From Eledone cirrhosa (taxonomy: Eukaryota), in contig OZ024746.1 of the NCBI GenBank assembly GCA_964016885.1, positions 37,944,001 to 38,008,000 on the forward strand: 64,000 nucleotides of DNA. The letters are read 5' to 3'. Both the position numbers and the translations under genes were made by a program. This document shows positions 14,034 through 28,803 of this stretch, in pieces. A model generated the notes under the pieces. It was not told the DNA's origin. It ran no database searches and saw only the letters and a program-made list of their open reading frames with translations. Positions within the stretch are counted from its first letter, which is position 1, and each line of letters begins with the position of its first letter.

Positions 14034-14949
14034 GCACACATATATATAAAGAGAGAGAGAGAGAGAGTGTTCATGTGTGATTGCGTGAGTGTATAGATAC
14101 AAGGACTGGGTATATACAGTGAGCACAACTGGAGAGTAAGGAAAAACACCTGGAAGTATTAATATATCGTGAAATCATGCTGTGCATCCTATTTTGTATA
14201 ATAGTACTTATACTAATTTTTGTTGGTAAAACTCCGCTAGTCTTACATTGTTCAAATGATGAATTCACTTCGTTAGTTTTACAGCCTGTAAGATATATTC
14301 TGTTAATTAACGTGAAATTAATCGTATAAAGCTATTTTTGAAAATGTAGATAGATCATAACTATATAAGGAAAGTCAATAAATGAAGATATCTATGAAAA
14401 TAAATAAATTACTGAGAACATAAACACATTACAACTAGCTCTATTTCCGTTTTCTCTTTTTACATTTGCTTTTAGTTCCACGGAATCTTGTTAAAATATG
14501 AGGAAGTCGTACGCACAAAAGTGCAACAGTAAAAATACACCTATTTAGTCATATGGCTACACCCATGTGTAGATAGCTATCAACATAAGTTCTCACCTTT
14601 CAGACAGGCCTGATGAGCCAGTCTGCCAATATGCAAATCAGTCCGATCAGTCACTGTGTATTTTTGAAAATAGCATATAATTTCACTACCTCTGACAGTT
14701 TGCCAGGTGAACAGTAAGCTGTATGATGAAGGGTGATACCGGAAGACATTAGTGTCTGCAGTTCTGTTCGAATGCCTACACAACAGCAAGAGCGAAGTGT
14801 TCATTCTACTGACATGGCTATAAAATTGAGGCTTGTTTGCATAATTGCAAACGAGTCGAATGTTATTATTAATATTCGAAAAACTCAGATTACATTTATT
14901 GTATTCAGCCATGTAGAGCGAAATTTTCTTATATATATATAGTGAAAGA

Positions 14950-16270
14950 GTGAAGAATAAGATGGTCAACAGTACAAGAAGGGTTTTATTTACAGTATTA
15001 ACAATTGTTTCATTGATTAAGTTGTCTTAAAATTGCTATTCACTTGAAGTTGTGTCACCCGATGTTAAATACGATGTATGCTTGACCAAATCATCCGAAT
15101 ATTACTCCAATATTAATTTACATAGGAATTTCCGAGAACTCATAAACTCGCTACCTAAGGAATGCTCTTGTTGAGTCAAACTACGCCGTACTCTAAAACT
15201 ATCCACAATACGGAGTATTCATAACCTCTAACTGGATTACCTATAACGATAACTTGTTATCCCATATATATATATATATATGTATATAAACGGAGTGACT
15301 AGGAGTGAATTATTTACATACGTAGGTAGAAGAATGTCATCACAATTTAGTGAACACATGTTACATAATAATTGAAGTATATACGGGAGAAAAAAATTAT
15401 AATTTCTATGAATGTAACATAAAATACATGAATGACCTGATATAGTAGAATAAACATGTTTTTTTTTATTATATAATGATGCTAGACACATTTATATGAC
15501 ATCCAATTGGTTGCGTAATACTCATTTGATCTGTCATTATACGACAAATAACAATTATTTATTAGTTCTAAAGCTATATATATTATGTTTATGCGCGGTA
15601 CCTCGGGATATATTGTCAGTTAGAGTATCTATGATAGTGGTTATTCTATAAGTTGGTTTATGTTTGTTTACTAGTCCATCATTAAATTTGATAATAGTTT
15701 TCACGGGTAAGATCCTTCTATTTTAGAGACTTATTAAGCAAGATATGTGAGATTGAAGAATCGTAACGAGAATGTCCTGCTGTATGAATCTGCTTTTCTA
15801 TTTGTTCTTTAGGTCAGTAAACTATCCAATGACCTCATTAGTTTGAGTCCTCCAATTAAGCTGGGTCATCCGTTTCAGTATAATAATGATGTTGTCAAGT
15901 ATACATTTACTAATAAACCCGATGTTTGAATTAGAAGGTGCAACTAGCCTAACTGGTCATTCAGATTCGAAATTGGTTTTGTGATCCTCAATGTTTATAC
16001 TTAGTTTCCTAGCTATGTAGAGAACAATTTGGTTTCTATATTAAGTCTAGTTACTATTTGTTTATCTCTTTATGTATTAATTCGAGATTTTCAGTGAAGC
16101 GTGACAAATATGTTGGAGTTTAAATTCTGTGCCAGCAGTTGATTGTTAAAACTGCTCCCAACTGAGCTGTAGAGCTGTAAGAAGAACGATAAAAACTCGA
16201 AGTGATTTGTTAATCGAAGTGACTGACTTCACGAAATAACTTACTCCAGGTAGCTACCGCAACCACATAA
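14950..16270 (-). mobile_element. Highly decayed Penelope-like element
   Basis: Minus-strand remnants resembling YxDD (YLDNII near 15890), VIY..C and YYI. The 14950-15060 end is homologous to 26090-26220. Confidence 0.4.
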
Positions 16271-16765
16271 AAACATAGTGCAGTATCTCCCAGCCCTTGC
16301 TAGCCTATCACCTTCGTTTTAGACATCGTATGTTCGCTTACAATCGGACTGCTAACATCGTGTTCCATACTATGGCAAACATATCAAAAACATAAAAAAA
16401 AACATAACAATATTACTTCTTAATACCTATCTGCTGAAAACACATCAAATGATTAACGCGATACCAAGTTGATGTCCACGAATTGTGTATAACAGGAGTA
16501 TGTAATAAACCTAGTATTTACACGTAAAGCCGTTTCTCCTTTTTGTAATATTGGCACTCTGTGTGATACCCTATTCGTAATACATTAATGTATCTACGTC
16601 TTGAAGTGCTTGCGTCTAATTACAGAACAATCGGTTGATTACTTGGAATATATATATATATATATATATATAACAAAGGAGTTGTGGTAGGGAACCAGAC
16701 GGTCCATAACGCACCAGAGTATTCAATACTTAGGGTAATAGGATAATCTTATATATATATATATA

Positions 16766-17012
<247 letters not shown>

Positions 17013-17209
17013 AAAAAACGGTGAGCTGAAATTGAAAAGCGAATTGGAATTATTCCCCGTAACATTCACTAAATATAATAGCCTAATAATAACGGTGCGT
17101 AAAAGCCCAGAGGGCGGAAAAAAGAAATCCATCAGTTTTACGCACACTCACAGACACCCACATAGCCAAGCCGCACATCCACTCACTCACACATATTTAA
17201 GTGTATATG

Positions 17210-17303
<94 letters not shown>

Positions 17304-17456
17304 ATACTTTGGGACGGTCATGTTGCCAATAAGAAACGCACGCACCCATTGTTTCACTTCAATTTATTATAATAAATTTATAAATTTAGGAATTTATAAA
17401 TTTATAAATTTCTGGTTGGTTGGTTGGTTCCACGACCAGATAGTTGTTTATATATT

Positions 17457-17499
17457 GTCAAAGTTCTTTCGTCACACATTCTGTGACCTCATCAGTGAC
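17457..17499 (-). ncRNA. Minimal type I hammerhead ribozyme
   Basis: GTCA-CTGATGA-G-GTCACA gaatg TGTGAC-GAAA-GAAC-TT-TGAC. Confidence 0.75.
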
Positions 17500-17630
17500 T
17501 GGGGATTCTTTTCTTTGTTTTTGTGCCTCTCCTTTGTTCTGTCCTACGCCATTTTGTTTCTGAAACACAGAAACAAAATGGCGTAGGACAGAACAAAGGA
17601 GAGGCACAAAAACATAGAAAAGAATCCCCA

Positions 17631-17673
17631 GTCACTGATGAGGTCACATAATGTGTGACGAAAGAACTTTGAC
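17631..17673 (+). ncRNA. Minimal type I hammerhead ribozyme
   Basis: GTCA-CTGATGA-G-GTCACA taatg TGTGAC-GAAA-GAAC-TT-TGAC. Confidence 0.75.
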
Positions 17674-17888
17674 AATATATAAACAACTATCTGGTTGTGG
17701 AACCAACCAACCAACCAGAAATTTATAAATTTATAAATTCCTAAATTTATAATTTATTATAATAAATTGAAGTGAAAGCAACTGGTGCGTGTGTTTCTTA
17801 TTGGCAACATGACCCTCCCAAAGTATAACAATATCGGTTTCAACACGATTTCAGATAAAGAATCTTGCTAAACAAATTCAGAAACGAA

Positions 17889-18013
<125 letters not shown>

Positions 18014-18014
18014 A

Positions 18015-18654
18015 CTACCAGAATGGCCCGGTGTTGCTCGGGATTTGCTCTAGGGCTCTTATGTATTTGATATATTTTTATCCTTATCGAGCCTCGTGAA
18101 ATAAATACGTTTGTTTATATTTTGTTATTCTGTTTGCAAAAATGCCTGTCTACGAATATATTATATTTACATATATATATATAAATAAAAGATTAAAGTT
18201 TAAGCAAAGAATCGCTGCTTTCACGCTTAACGGGATCTTCTGAAACTAAAAAAATCAATCTGTGAACGCAGAAGTAAATATTGCGAAAAACGTTACACAC
18301 ACTATATATATATATATATATATATATATCTATATACACACACACTATATATACATACACACACACACACACACATAGCGTCATAATATCGTAATGCAAA
18401 CAGCCAGACATACAGAGAATTATTATAAGGGCGGGACGTTATATCTATGTATCTATCTAAAAAGAAAGACTAAGAACTATAGAGAAAGATCGCTAAATCG
18501 CCTAATTCGGTCCCTAGAGCAGTGAAACACTCACACGACCATAAGTGTTATATGTGTAAAGTTTGAAAACAATCGGTTTGGATGTTCTCGAGTTTTAGGG
18601 AGTCAGACCGACTTGACAGACAGACATTCTCTGTTTTATATATATATATATAGA
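18015..18654 (-). mobile_element. Non-autonomous Helitron-like element (Lep1-type architecture)
   Basis: Minus strand begins TCTATATATA...TGTCTGTCTGTC and ends with the hairpin CCCGAGCAACACCGGG followed by GTAG (CTAG-like). Confidence 0.65.
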
Positions 18655-18660
18655 TATAGA

Positions 18661-18722
18661 TAAGTATGTAGACTTAACGGCCGTACTAAGAGTGAGAAAT
18701 GATATTTCGTTTCATTTCCCTT
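18661..18722 (+). mobile_element. Fragment of the 30.1-kb HHR unit family
   Basis: TAACGGCCGTACTAAGAGTGAGAAATGA..TTCGTT matches 30906-30945, preceded by an inverted TAAGTATGTA end. Confidence 0.6.
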
Positions 18723-19244
18723 TATATATATATATATATATGTTTGTGCGTATATATGTGTGTGCGTGCATATTTTTGTTGGTGTGTGTTCGTACATATT
18801 TGTGTTCATGTGTGTGCGGCAATGATATATTTATATTGATCAAGATGTGATTATGTGTTAGACACCGATAATTTACAACGTTGTAGAGGAGTGAAAAAGA
18901 AGGGTAGGTCAGAATTCTGATATTTGCTTTCTCGAAATGACAAATCAAGCTACTGTAATCTTGGCTTCCTTTCACCTTTCAACTTCTCTGACCTAACTTT
19001 TGAAAGTTTTACTGCTTTGACCTTATGAATTGTGTCAGTGTTTGTATTGAATCGTTGTTGCCTATTGTTGTGTCTATTATTTCAGCGGCTATGGTGATTG
19101 ATCTAACATTGTTTATCATTCCAATTATATATGTGGGTTTCTCTATGTAATTATACGTATGTATATTTATGTTTATTAGTTGTTACGTAAGTGCGTCACA
19201 TACACCCACCCCATACACACACAAACTGTTATATATATATATAT

Positions 19245-19464
<220 letters not shown>

Positions 19465-19589
19465 TATATGTGTGTGTGTGTGCAAATATGTATGCATTTA
19501 TGTATGTATATATGTATGCGTGGGGTTCTTTACACAGGTATTTATGATGTTGAACTAGTCACATGTATGTGATAATTATTATCATTTCA

Positions 19590-19700
19590 TTTCACGGTAT
19601 TCGTTTCGGCATTCTGCTTACGAAGTTCAAATACCGTTGAGGCCAACTTGAAACTACATTCATTTTAGATCGATACAAAAGTACTAGAATAGTGTTGGGA
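19590..19700 (+). mobile_element. Decayed SINE family B
   Basis: GTTCAAAT..CG..GAGG..AACTT followed by GATCGATACAAAAGTAC. Confidence 0.45.
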
Positions 19701-20029
19701 TCATTCTTCATCTATATCTATTTCTCACTTCCAATCCCTCACTCTCTGCCCTTCTCTGGTAGAGATCTGCTGTATTCAGACCTGGAAAGATGATGGTTTC
19801 TGCCAGGTTTAAAATACCTGAGAAATGCCGTAAATCTATACGACGCCCCTAAATCTCCCTCAGGCTTTACAAAACTAAGAATAGAAAAGGCATACTTTGA
19901 TTCTCTGTCAATATCATCTGAACTGTATGCTCACCGAATAAAAGAATAAGTGGTCGAATATTTCTCACACATATGGAGACGAACGAAACTATCGACAAGT
20001 TCCCAAACTTCATTCGCTTTCCGAGTTGA

Positions 20030-20232
20030 ATGCAACTCGTCAAATGGGACCAAGGAAGCAATGTTTCCACTGGTTTATCCATTTCTAATACTATCTAGTG
20101 TCGCAGCCGTTGGCAAAAAAAGCAATGTGGAATAAATTGTCTTGTTCGTGAACAAAAAAACCTCGCAGAGTCCGGTAATCGAACTTGCAGACTTCTCATT
20201 TCGAAATTAATGATTTAACCACTAAACCATAC
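20030..20232 (-). mobile_element. Decayed SINE family A
   Basis: Homologous to 4256-4472 (CAATGTTTCC..TGGT, AATCGAACT, TAACCACT). Confidence 0.7.
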
Positions 20233-21286
20233 GTAACCCTGCGATAAAATTAGAATATCATAGTGTATTCTAGGTTGGTGTTTTGTTTTATAGGCACTCT
20301 TCAGGCTAGATGTGTTATAATACTTCGTATATCCAATTTGACTTTGAGGCACTCATGCCACCTGAGTTTATACTAAAATAATCTTGCCCAAGTTTTAAGA
20401 AATTTAATCGAACTCGTCAATATATTAATGCGCAGCTATTTTCCTAAACACGGAGCCACACCAGTATAAACATACCTTGTCTTTATATATATTGTACATT
20501 ATATTATTTGTATAGATTTTCATTCATATATGTATGTGTACGTAGGAAAGCAATGCTAGTCACTAACACATGGAGATGGAATCCTTCACAGCAAATGCAG
20601 TAAGAAATATTTTTTTTTCTACCATTTACGTAGAAAATATAATAAAATTCTGGAGAGTTTGTCAAACTTTTTCTTTTAAATCATAGCAGCCATTTTTCAA
20701 GTAATGCAAGGAAAAGAGGTCCTAAAAAGTAAATTTTGTGCAAAGTTTGCTAAAATGCTTTTATGAAATGAATTATATATATCTACGGAAAATAGGAAAA
20801 AATAAGCAAAGAAGAGCAAAGGATTCTTTTTTAGTGTATATTTTTAGATTTAGCGCTGTTCGAAATTTTTATCTAGTTTTCTATAAATTATATTTAAGAT
20901 ATATAGCAGAGAGTTGTTCAGGAGATACTGCTGGTGTAACCCTTGACAATGTATATATATATATATATATATTCAATGTGGTCTACACTTCGTGGTAGAT
21001 TTCGTACCGTAGACAGAGCTTAATGTAATCTGATAGAGTAATTCAGTGATTCAGTGAAATCCATTGATAGGTTCCGTGTGCCACTGCGTTAATTCCTTAG
21101 ATACAGAGACTGATATTGGATATTAATTTAACAATGAAAGCATTAACAACGTCAAGTTATTTTCCCTATTCATACCATTGTTTTACGATCGTTCTTGAGG
21201 GTTGATTATATTGACATATTCACTGATCCATAGCAGTTATATAACTGTAATCTATCAGACACCATATATATATATATATATATATA

Positions 21287-22848
21287 ATGCTCTATCTTTC
21301 GCACTTAAATATTCTGACATCACCACAGATGAACTTCACATCATTCTCAACGCACGTAAAACCATCCTAGAGTTCAACAACGAATATTGGACCAGAGCCG
21401 ATACCTCTAACAACGTCGACATCACAATGGGAGGATCCGATTCATCCCAATTGACTGATTTAATTGGTATCTTTATTTTGAACTCTTTGAGTCGGAAAAT
21501 TCCTCAACTTCGCGGTGGAATTTATCGTGACGATGGACTCTTTACTATCTTAAATCGCAATATAGTTAACCTTAATATTATTAAGAACAATATACATAAT
21601 CTCTTCAACCAACATAACCTAAAAATTGAATTTGATAACAGTATCAAACTAGCTAATTTCTTGGATGTATCTCTTAATCTTGACACTGGCCTATATTACC
21701 CTTACCATAAAAACAATGAGAACCTAAATTATGTTAACTTTAAATCTAACCATCCTACTAATATCAAGAATGCTATAGTTAGTAATATTGGAAAAAGAAT
21801 ATCTAACCTATCTTCTAATAAAAACATCTTTGATGCTAAAGCCAATTACTATAATAACGCGCTTTCTAAAGCCGGCTATCCTGATAAAATCTAATATAGT
21901 AAAGAAACAAATTCTAGAAGAAATTACAGTAGAATAATTAATCATGATCATTCCAATAACTTTAATAAAAGACCTAGATACAAAAACATAATCTGGTATA
22001 ATGCTCCTTTCTCCATCTCTATTAATAACAATATTCCTAAATTATTCTTTAGTGCCTTAAATAAATTCTTCCGTCTCTCACATATCTATAGTAAAATATT
22101 TAACAAACACACCATAACATTTTCTTATTCTACATCCTCCAACATTTCCAACATTATCTCTAAACACAGCAATAAAATACTAAATACTAAATCTCTTCCT
22201 TCCAACACTGAATTTCATAATAATAGTACTCCCGACGTCATTGTAAACCCTAGGCTAATTTCTACAAACCCAAATACAACGTCAAACACAACTTCGCTAA
22301 ATGTTCATAATCCCATTCTAAATCAAGAAACTATTATTCCTATTGCAAACAACTTCTCCAATCCAATTCCTTCTATAGATAACACTAGGTCACTCATTAA
22401 TAATCTCTCTAATTGCAATTGCAATTGCCCTATTAAAAATAAATGTCCTCTCAACAACCATTGTCTTGATAAAAACTTAATTTACGAATGTAAAGTTATA
22501 ACTGACACCAATTCCTTCACCTATTTTGGCTCCACTTCCACATGTTTTAAAGCTCGTCTTTATAACCATCATTCGTCTTTTAAATACAAACTTAAAAGAA
22601 CCAACACAGCTCTCTCAGAACTCATATGGTCCTTGAAAGACAAAAACATTAAATATAGCATCTTTTGGAAGAAGGTTTCTTCTGCGTCCACATACTTGAA
22701 CAGTTCTCTATCTAAAATCTGCAATCTCTGTCTAAATGAAAAATTTACCATTATCTCTAATCTAGATTCTATAATAAATAGACGCACTGACTTGTTTTCT
22801 ATCTGCTTGCATAAATTCCATAAAACATTTCACAAAGTATACAGCTAA
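21287..22848 (+). pseudogene. PLE RT-endonuclease ORF with one in-frame TAA (21892-21894)
   Basis: DITMGG, IYRDDGL, NFLDV, SNHP. After the stop, in the same frame: IIWYNAPFS, CNCPIKNKCPLNNHCL, LIYECKV, TYFGST...FKAR...H, CNLCLNEK, CLH. Confidence 0.9.
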
Positions 22849-23853
22849 TATTCAATTCTTTATCAATTTAGAATCTTTTTCTCAAAGGCACATATATATA
22901 CACTTCTTTTAAAAATATACCCATCTGTCTACCTTATTTCAAAGGTTATTATACATTCTATAATACTTGTTTACTCATTACTCTTACTCTATATCACATT
23001 GTAAAAATCCTTCGTAAACATATACATTTTTTTTGGCGCTAGATTATTCATCCTCAATTCATTATCTTTTCTCCCTATCATCTAACTCATTATTCTCAAT
23101 ACATATTAACATTTTCTTTTTCTTCGCACATATTATCAAATCCTTCAATATACAAACCTTAACTTTACATTATTTCTCTCAAATCTTTCAATATACAAAC
23201 CTTAACTTTACATTATTTTTCTCTTCGTTAATTTTCAAATTCTATAATACTTGTTTACTCTTTCTACATCACCCATATTTATCACTTCCTTTTCTTCTCT
23301 TCTAATATCTAACCCCTAATCTGTACCTGTTCTCACTCTTGCCTAACATAGAATCAATTATTACATAATACAACACATTCTTACTCTATATCACCTTGTA
23401 AAAATCCTTCGTAAACATATACTTTTTTTTTACGTTAGAATATTCATCCTCAATTCATTAGCTTTTCTCCCTATCATCTAACTCATTATTCTCAATACAT
23501 ATTAACTCCTTCTTTTTCTTCGCACATATTTTTCTCTTCGTTAATTTTCAAATTCTTTTAATTTATACATTATCTTCCAACGGTTTTCAACCTCTCTATG
23601 TAAAACAATATATCTTTCTCAGTTATACAAACTATCTCTCTCTCTCTATCACCCATCTCTCCTCCTATCTCATCCTTCCTCATTATACTCCTCCCTCTCC
23701 ACCTTCACTCTCATCTCCTTCTTTTTTTCATCCCCCCCTCTAAATAAAATATGTTTCCCAATATCACACATCAATCTAAAACTACTTCTCATATGTTGAT
23801 TTAAAACTGAACTATCTACAAGTGTTTTGTAACCTTCATATCATGTCCTCCTG

Positions 23854-23920
23854 TTTTATCTGATGAAAACACAACTATTATTGCATGATGATATTTGTTT
23901 TTGAAATGCGCATAATAAAA
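23854..23920 (+). ncRNA. Type I hammerhead ribozyme in the PLE pLTR (core intact)
   Basis: TTTTAT-CTGATGA-AAACA...TGTTT-tt-GAAA-TGCGCA-TA-ATAAAA: 6-bp stem I and a palindromic stem III region. Confidence 0.75.
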
Positions 23921-24675
23921 TACATGGAACTCCTTTAACCATCTTTTGGTCTTATATATATATATATATATATATATATCGTGTTAAATTGATCTTAGCA
24001 ACGCCTCCAAATACCGAGTTACAAATATAGAGATGATAATGTAAGTAGAGTCAAACAAATCAAGAGCTTACAACGTTATTTTAGAGTTCGAAATTACTGA
24101 TTTTAATACTTCCTTTTAATAGAAAAAGTCGTATGCTGCAGACGATATTGGTTTCTTTACACACATTATTGTACGTCGTGTCATGTCTATTGCATCTGAC
24201 GCGTATCTGTGAGACGGTATTCTGAAAATTCGACTCACACAAAACATAATAATAAATGCTTACAAGCATACAACCCTTTAGACAAGTGGACGGTCGTCTA
24301 ATCTGTTACGTATCATGACACACAACACGTAATAAATCTGAATCATTGCACATTTCCATACAAATATGTTTGCTAAGAAACTCCAAACGCTCTACTTAAG
24401 TGATAAATATCGCCATGTAATTCACGAGAGGAATATCGGAGATTTTCGAATTTATAAAGCAATTCCCATTATCAACGGAAATATATACTATTGATATTAA
24501 ATGCTGAATGCATGGAGATCATTGACTATGATAGCAAAATATCGTTCCAGAAGAGAGCAGTTTGACACCATTATACTCTGTTGTATTAGTGATGGATTGA
24601 ATCACAAACATGCCTATCTATGTAATGTATCTATATTTAATTATAACTTCTCTTCTCCTCCCTCCCCCGTTCTCT

Positions 24676-25737
<1,062 letters not shown>

Positions 25738-26277
25738 ATATATATATATATATAATTTTTTTTTTCTTTTTTTTTTTTCGAATATAATAATATTCGATTC
25801 GTGTGCGATTATTCAAACAAACCTCCTTTTTAAAGCCATATTAAAAACGCTGAGGTTACATGTATAGTATTCAGCCATTTAAAGCGCAATTTTTCCTTTT
25901 TACATATATATATGTATATATATAAGGGATAGCAAAATATCGTTATAGGTAATCCAGTTAGAGGTTGTGAGTACTTCTTATTATGGATAGTTTTAGCGTA
26001 CGGCTTTGTTTGACTCAACAAGAGGTTTACGTAGATGGCGAGTTTATGATATAACTTGTATTCCTTTGTAAGTTTATCTTGGAGTAATAAAATTGAAAAA
26101 TGTTAAGAATAACATGGCCAAAAGTACTTAACAGGGGAATTTATTTACAGTCTAACAATTGTTTCTCTGATTGAGTTGTCTAAAAATTGCTGAACACTAG
26201 AAGCAGTGCCACTCAATTTTAAATAAATTCTCCTTTTTTGTACTGTTAACCATGTTATTCTTCACATTTTTTCAATT

Positions 26278-26289
26278 ATATATACATAC

Positions 26290-26387
<98 letters not shown>

Positions 26388-27269
26388 TTATTTATATATA
26401 TATATGTATATGTATATATGTATATATATGTATATATATGTACATATATGTATATGTATATATGTATATATGTATATATATGTATATATGTATATATATG
26501 TATATGTATATATGTATATATATGTATATGTATATATGTATATATATATATGTATATATATATGTATATATGTATATATATGTATATATATATATATATG
26601 TATATATATGTGTATGTATGTATATATATGTATATGTATATGTATATATGTATGTATATGTATATATATATATATGTATATGTATATATATGTGTGTATA
26701 TATATATATGTATATATTTATTTATATATATGTATATATATATATATATGTGTGTGTATATATGTGTGTATATGTATGTATATATGTATGTACATATGTG
26801 TATATATATATGTATATATATGTATATATATGTGTATATGTGTGTATATATATATATGTATATATATGTATATATATGTATATATATATATATGTATATA
26901 TGTATGTATATATATATATGTATATATGTATGTATATATATATGTATATATATATATATATGTATATATATGTATATATATATGTATATGTATGTGTATA
27001 TGTATGTATATATGTATGTATATATATATGTATATATATGTATATATATATGTATATATAGATGTATATGTACATATATATGTATATATATATGTATATG
27101 TATGTATATATATGTATATATATATATGTATATATATATATGTGTATATATATATATATGTGTATATATATGTGTATATATATATATGTATATATATATG
27201 TATATATATATATGTATATGTATATGTATGTATATATGTGTGGATATATATATGTATATATATATGTAT
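26278..27269. repeat. ~1-kb degenerate (TA)n/(TATG)n array
   Basis: Direct reading. Confidence 0.95.
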
Positions 27270-27272
27270 CTT

Positions 27273-27683
27273 CCGGGAGAGATGACCCCTTAGCCTTTGT
27301 CAAGGCAGAATTCTAGGAGAAGCAAAACTCTGATATGACACCTGCAACCCTGATGGTATCCAGTGATGTTGACTTGTTCTTTTTTTTGGTAAATATCATC
27401 TTGGTTAAGAGAGTGGGACTGGCTTTGTGCAGTGCCTTTGCTCACTGTAAAAGCCTTACGGCACATGCATTGCTTTATATCTGGAGATCTTTCTGCACTT
27501 GTCACCACAGGGTACAATGGGCCCGACACTATGTGTCAGTAATTGTCACAAGTGTAGTGTTTGTACCAGAGTTTTCAAGTCGCTGGCTGGACTAAAAAGT
27601 CACACTCGTTCAGCGCATCGGTAGGAGTTTTCCTACATGGATATAAAGTAATGGCCGTACTCGAAAACGAGTTGGCAGCCACC

Positions 27684-27685
<2 letters not shown>
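27273..27685 (+). mobile_element. 5'-truncated non-autonomous RTE-derived element
   Basis: Homologous to 27717-28313, 41688-42291 and 42441-43050. Ends GGCAGCCACCAT+(TATG)n. Confidence 0.85.
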
Positions 27686-27716
<31 letters not shown>

Positions 27717-27717
<1 letters not shown>

Positions 27718-28309
27718 GGTGCTACTGGTAACATGTATCCCAGTACAATCTGTCTCATGGTCGGGTCGTTGGCGACTAAACTAGGCAACCCCACAGAGGT
27801 TTCTTGGTGAGGAGGGTGACTTTGGACATCCTGCAGGACTAAAACCAAAACCTGTCAAAGTGCAAAGGAGCTCTTAAGAATCAATGGCCATCCAAAATCA
27901 CCGGGAGAGATGAGCCCTTAGCCTTTCTCATGGCAGAATTCTAGGAGAAGGAAAACTCTGATATAACACCTGCAACGCTGATGGTATCCAATGATGTAGA
28001 CCTGTTCTTCTTTTCGTTAAATATCATCTTGGTTAAGAGAGTGGGACTGGATTGTGCAGTGCCTTTGCTCACTATAAAAGCTACACGACACAGGCATTGT
28101 TTTATATCTGGAGATCTCTCTGCACTTGTCGTCATATGGTACCATGGTCCCAGCACTATGTGTCAATAATTGTCACAAGTGCAGTGTTTGTACCACAGTT
28201 TTCAAGTCGCTGGCTGGACTAAAAAGTCACACTCGTTCAGCACATCTGTAGGGGGCTCCCCTACATGGATATAATGTAGAGACCGTACTCTAAAACGAGA
28301 TGGGAGCCA

Positions 28310-28313
<4 letters not shown>
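27717..28313 (+). mobile_element. ~600-bp non-autonomous RTE-derived element
   Basis: 5'UTR-like half with GAAGGAAAACTCTGA. 3' half encodes the C2H2 remnant CSVCTTVFKSLAGLKSHTRSAH. Confidence 0.85.
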
Positions 28314-28369
<56 letters not shown>

Positions 28370-28371
<2 letters not shown>

Positions 28372-28792
28372 GGGTGTGTATGATTGTGTATAGAAGATTA
28401 AATTAATAAAAAGAATTCCAACTCTGTCTGCTTTAATCGTTTTATTTACAATCCTTTAAAATGTATAATGGTATTAGAATGAAGTAGTATGGTTAAATAT
28501 AAAATGTTAAGTGTTAATTGAACAAGTACTTCATGCTTTCGCAATACTTCAGGTTCATAATCTGTGGTGACAGTCAAGTTTGCAAATTTCAACTGCCACA
28601 GTTGAAAATTGGAAACTTGACTGTCACCATAGAATAATAACCTGAAGATTACGAATGCATGAAAGTACGTGTTCAATTAAAACTTAACATTTAATATTCT
28701 ACCATACTATTTCATTCTAATACCATTATAAATTTTAAAGGATTGTAAATAAAACGAGTAAATCAGACAAAGTTGGAATTCCTTTAATTAAT
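28370..28792. mobile_element. Fold-back element, ~195-bp diverged arms, HHR per arm
   Basis: 28402-28595 versus 28599-28792, loop CCA. HHR motifs at 28521-28555 (-) and 28639-28673 (+). Confidence 0.85.
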
Positions 28793-28803
28793 ATATATAT
28801 ATA

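Larger units (their letters stand above)
21287..23955 (+). mobile_element. 5'-truncated Penelope-like element (probably Hydra/Neptune-type) inserted in (TA)n
   Basis: RT plus Cys-rich linker plus GIY-YIG. Long pyrimidine-rich 3'UTR with an internal duplication (~22955-23200 vs ~23240-23560). Terminal HHR. Confidence 0.9.

Noticed and set aside
14610-14617. CTGATGAG hammerhead-like core
   Set aside because: No paired stem II with GAAA and no stem I downstream.
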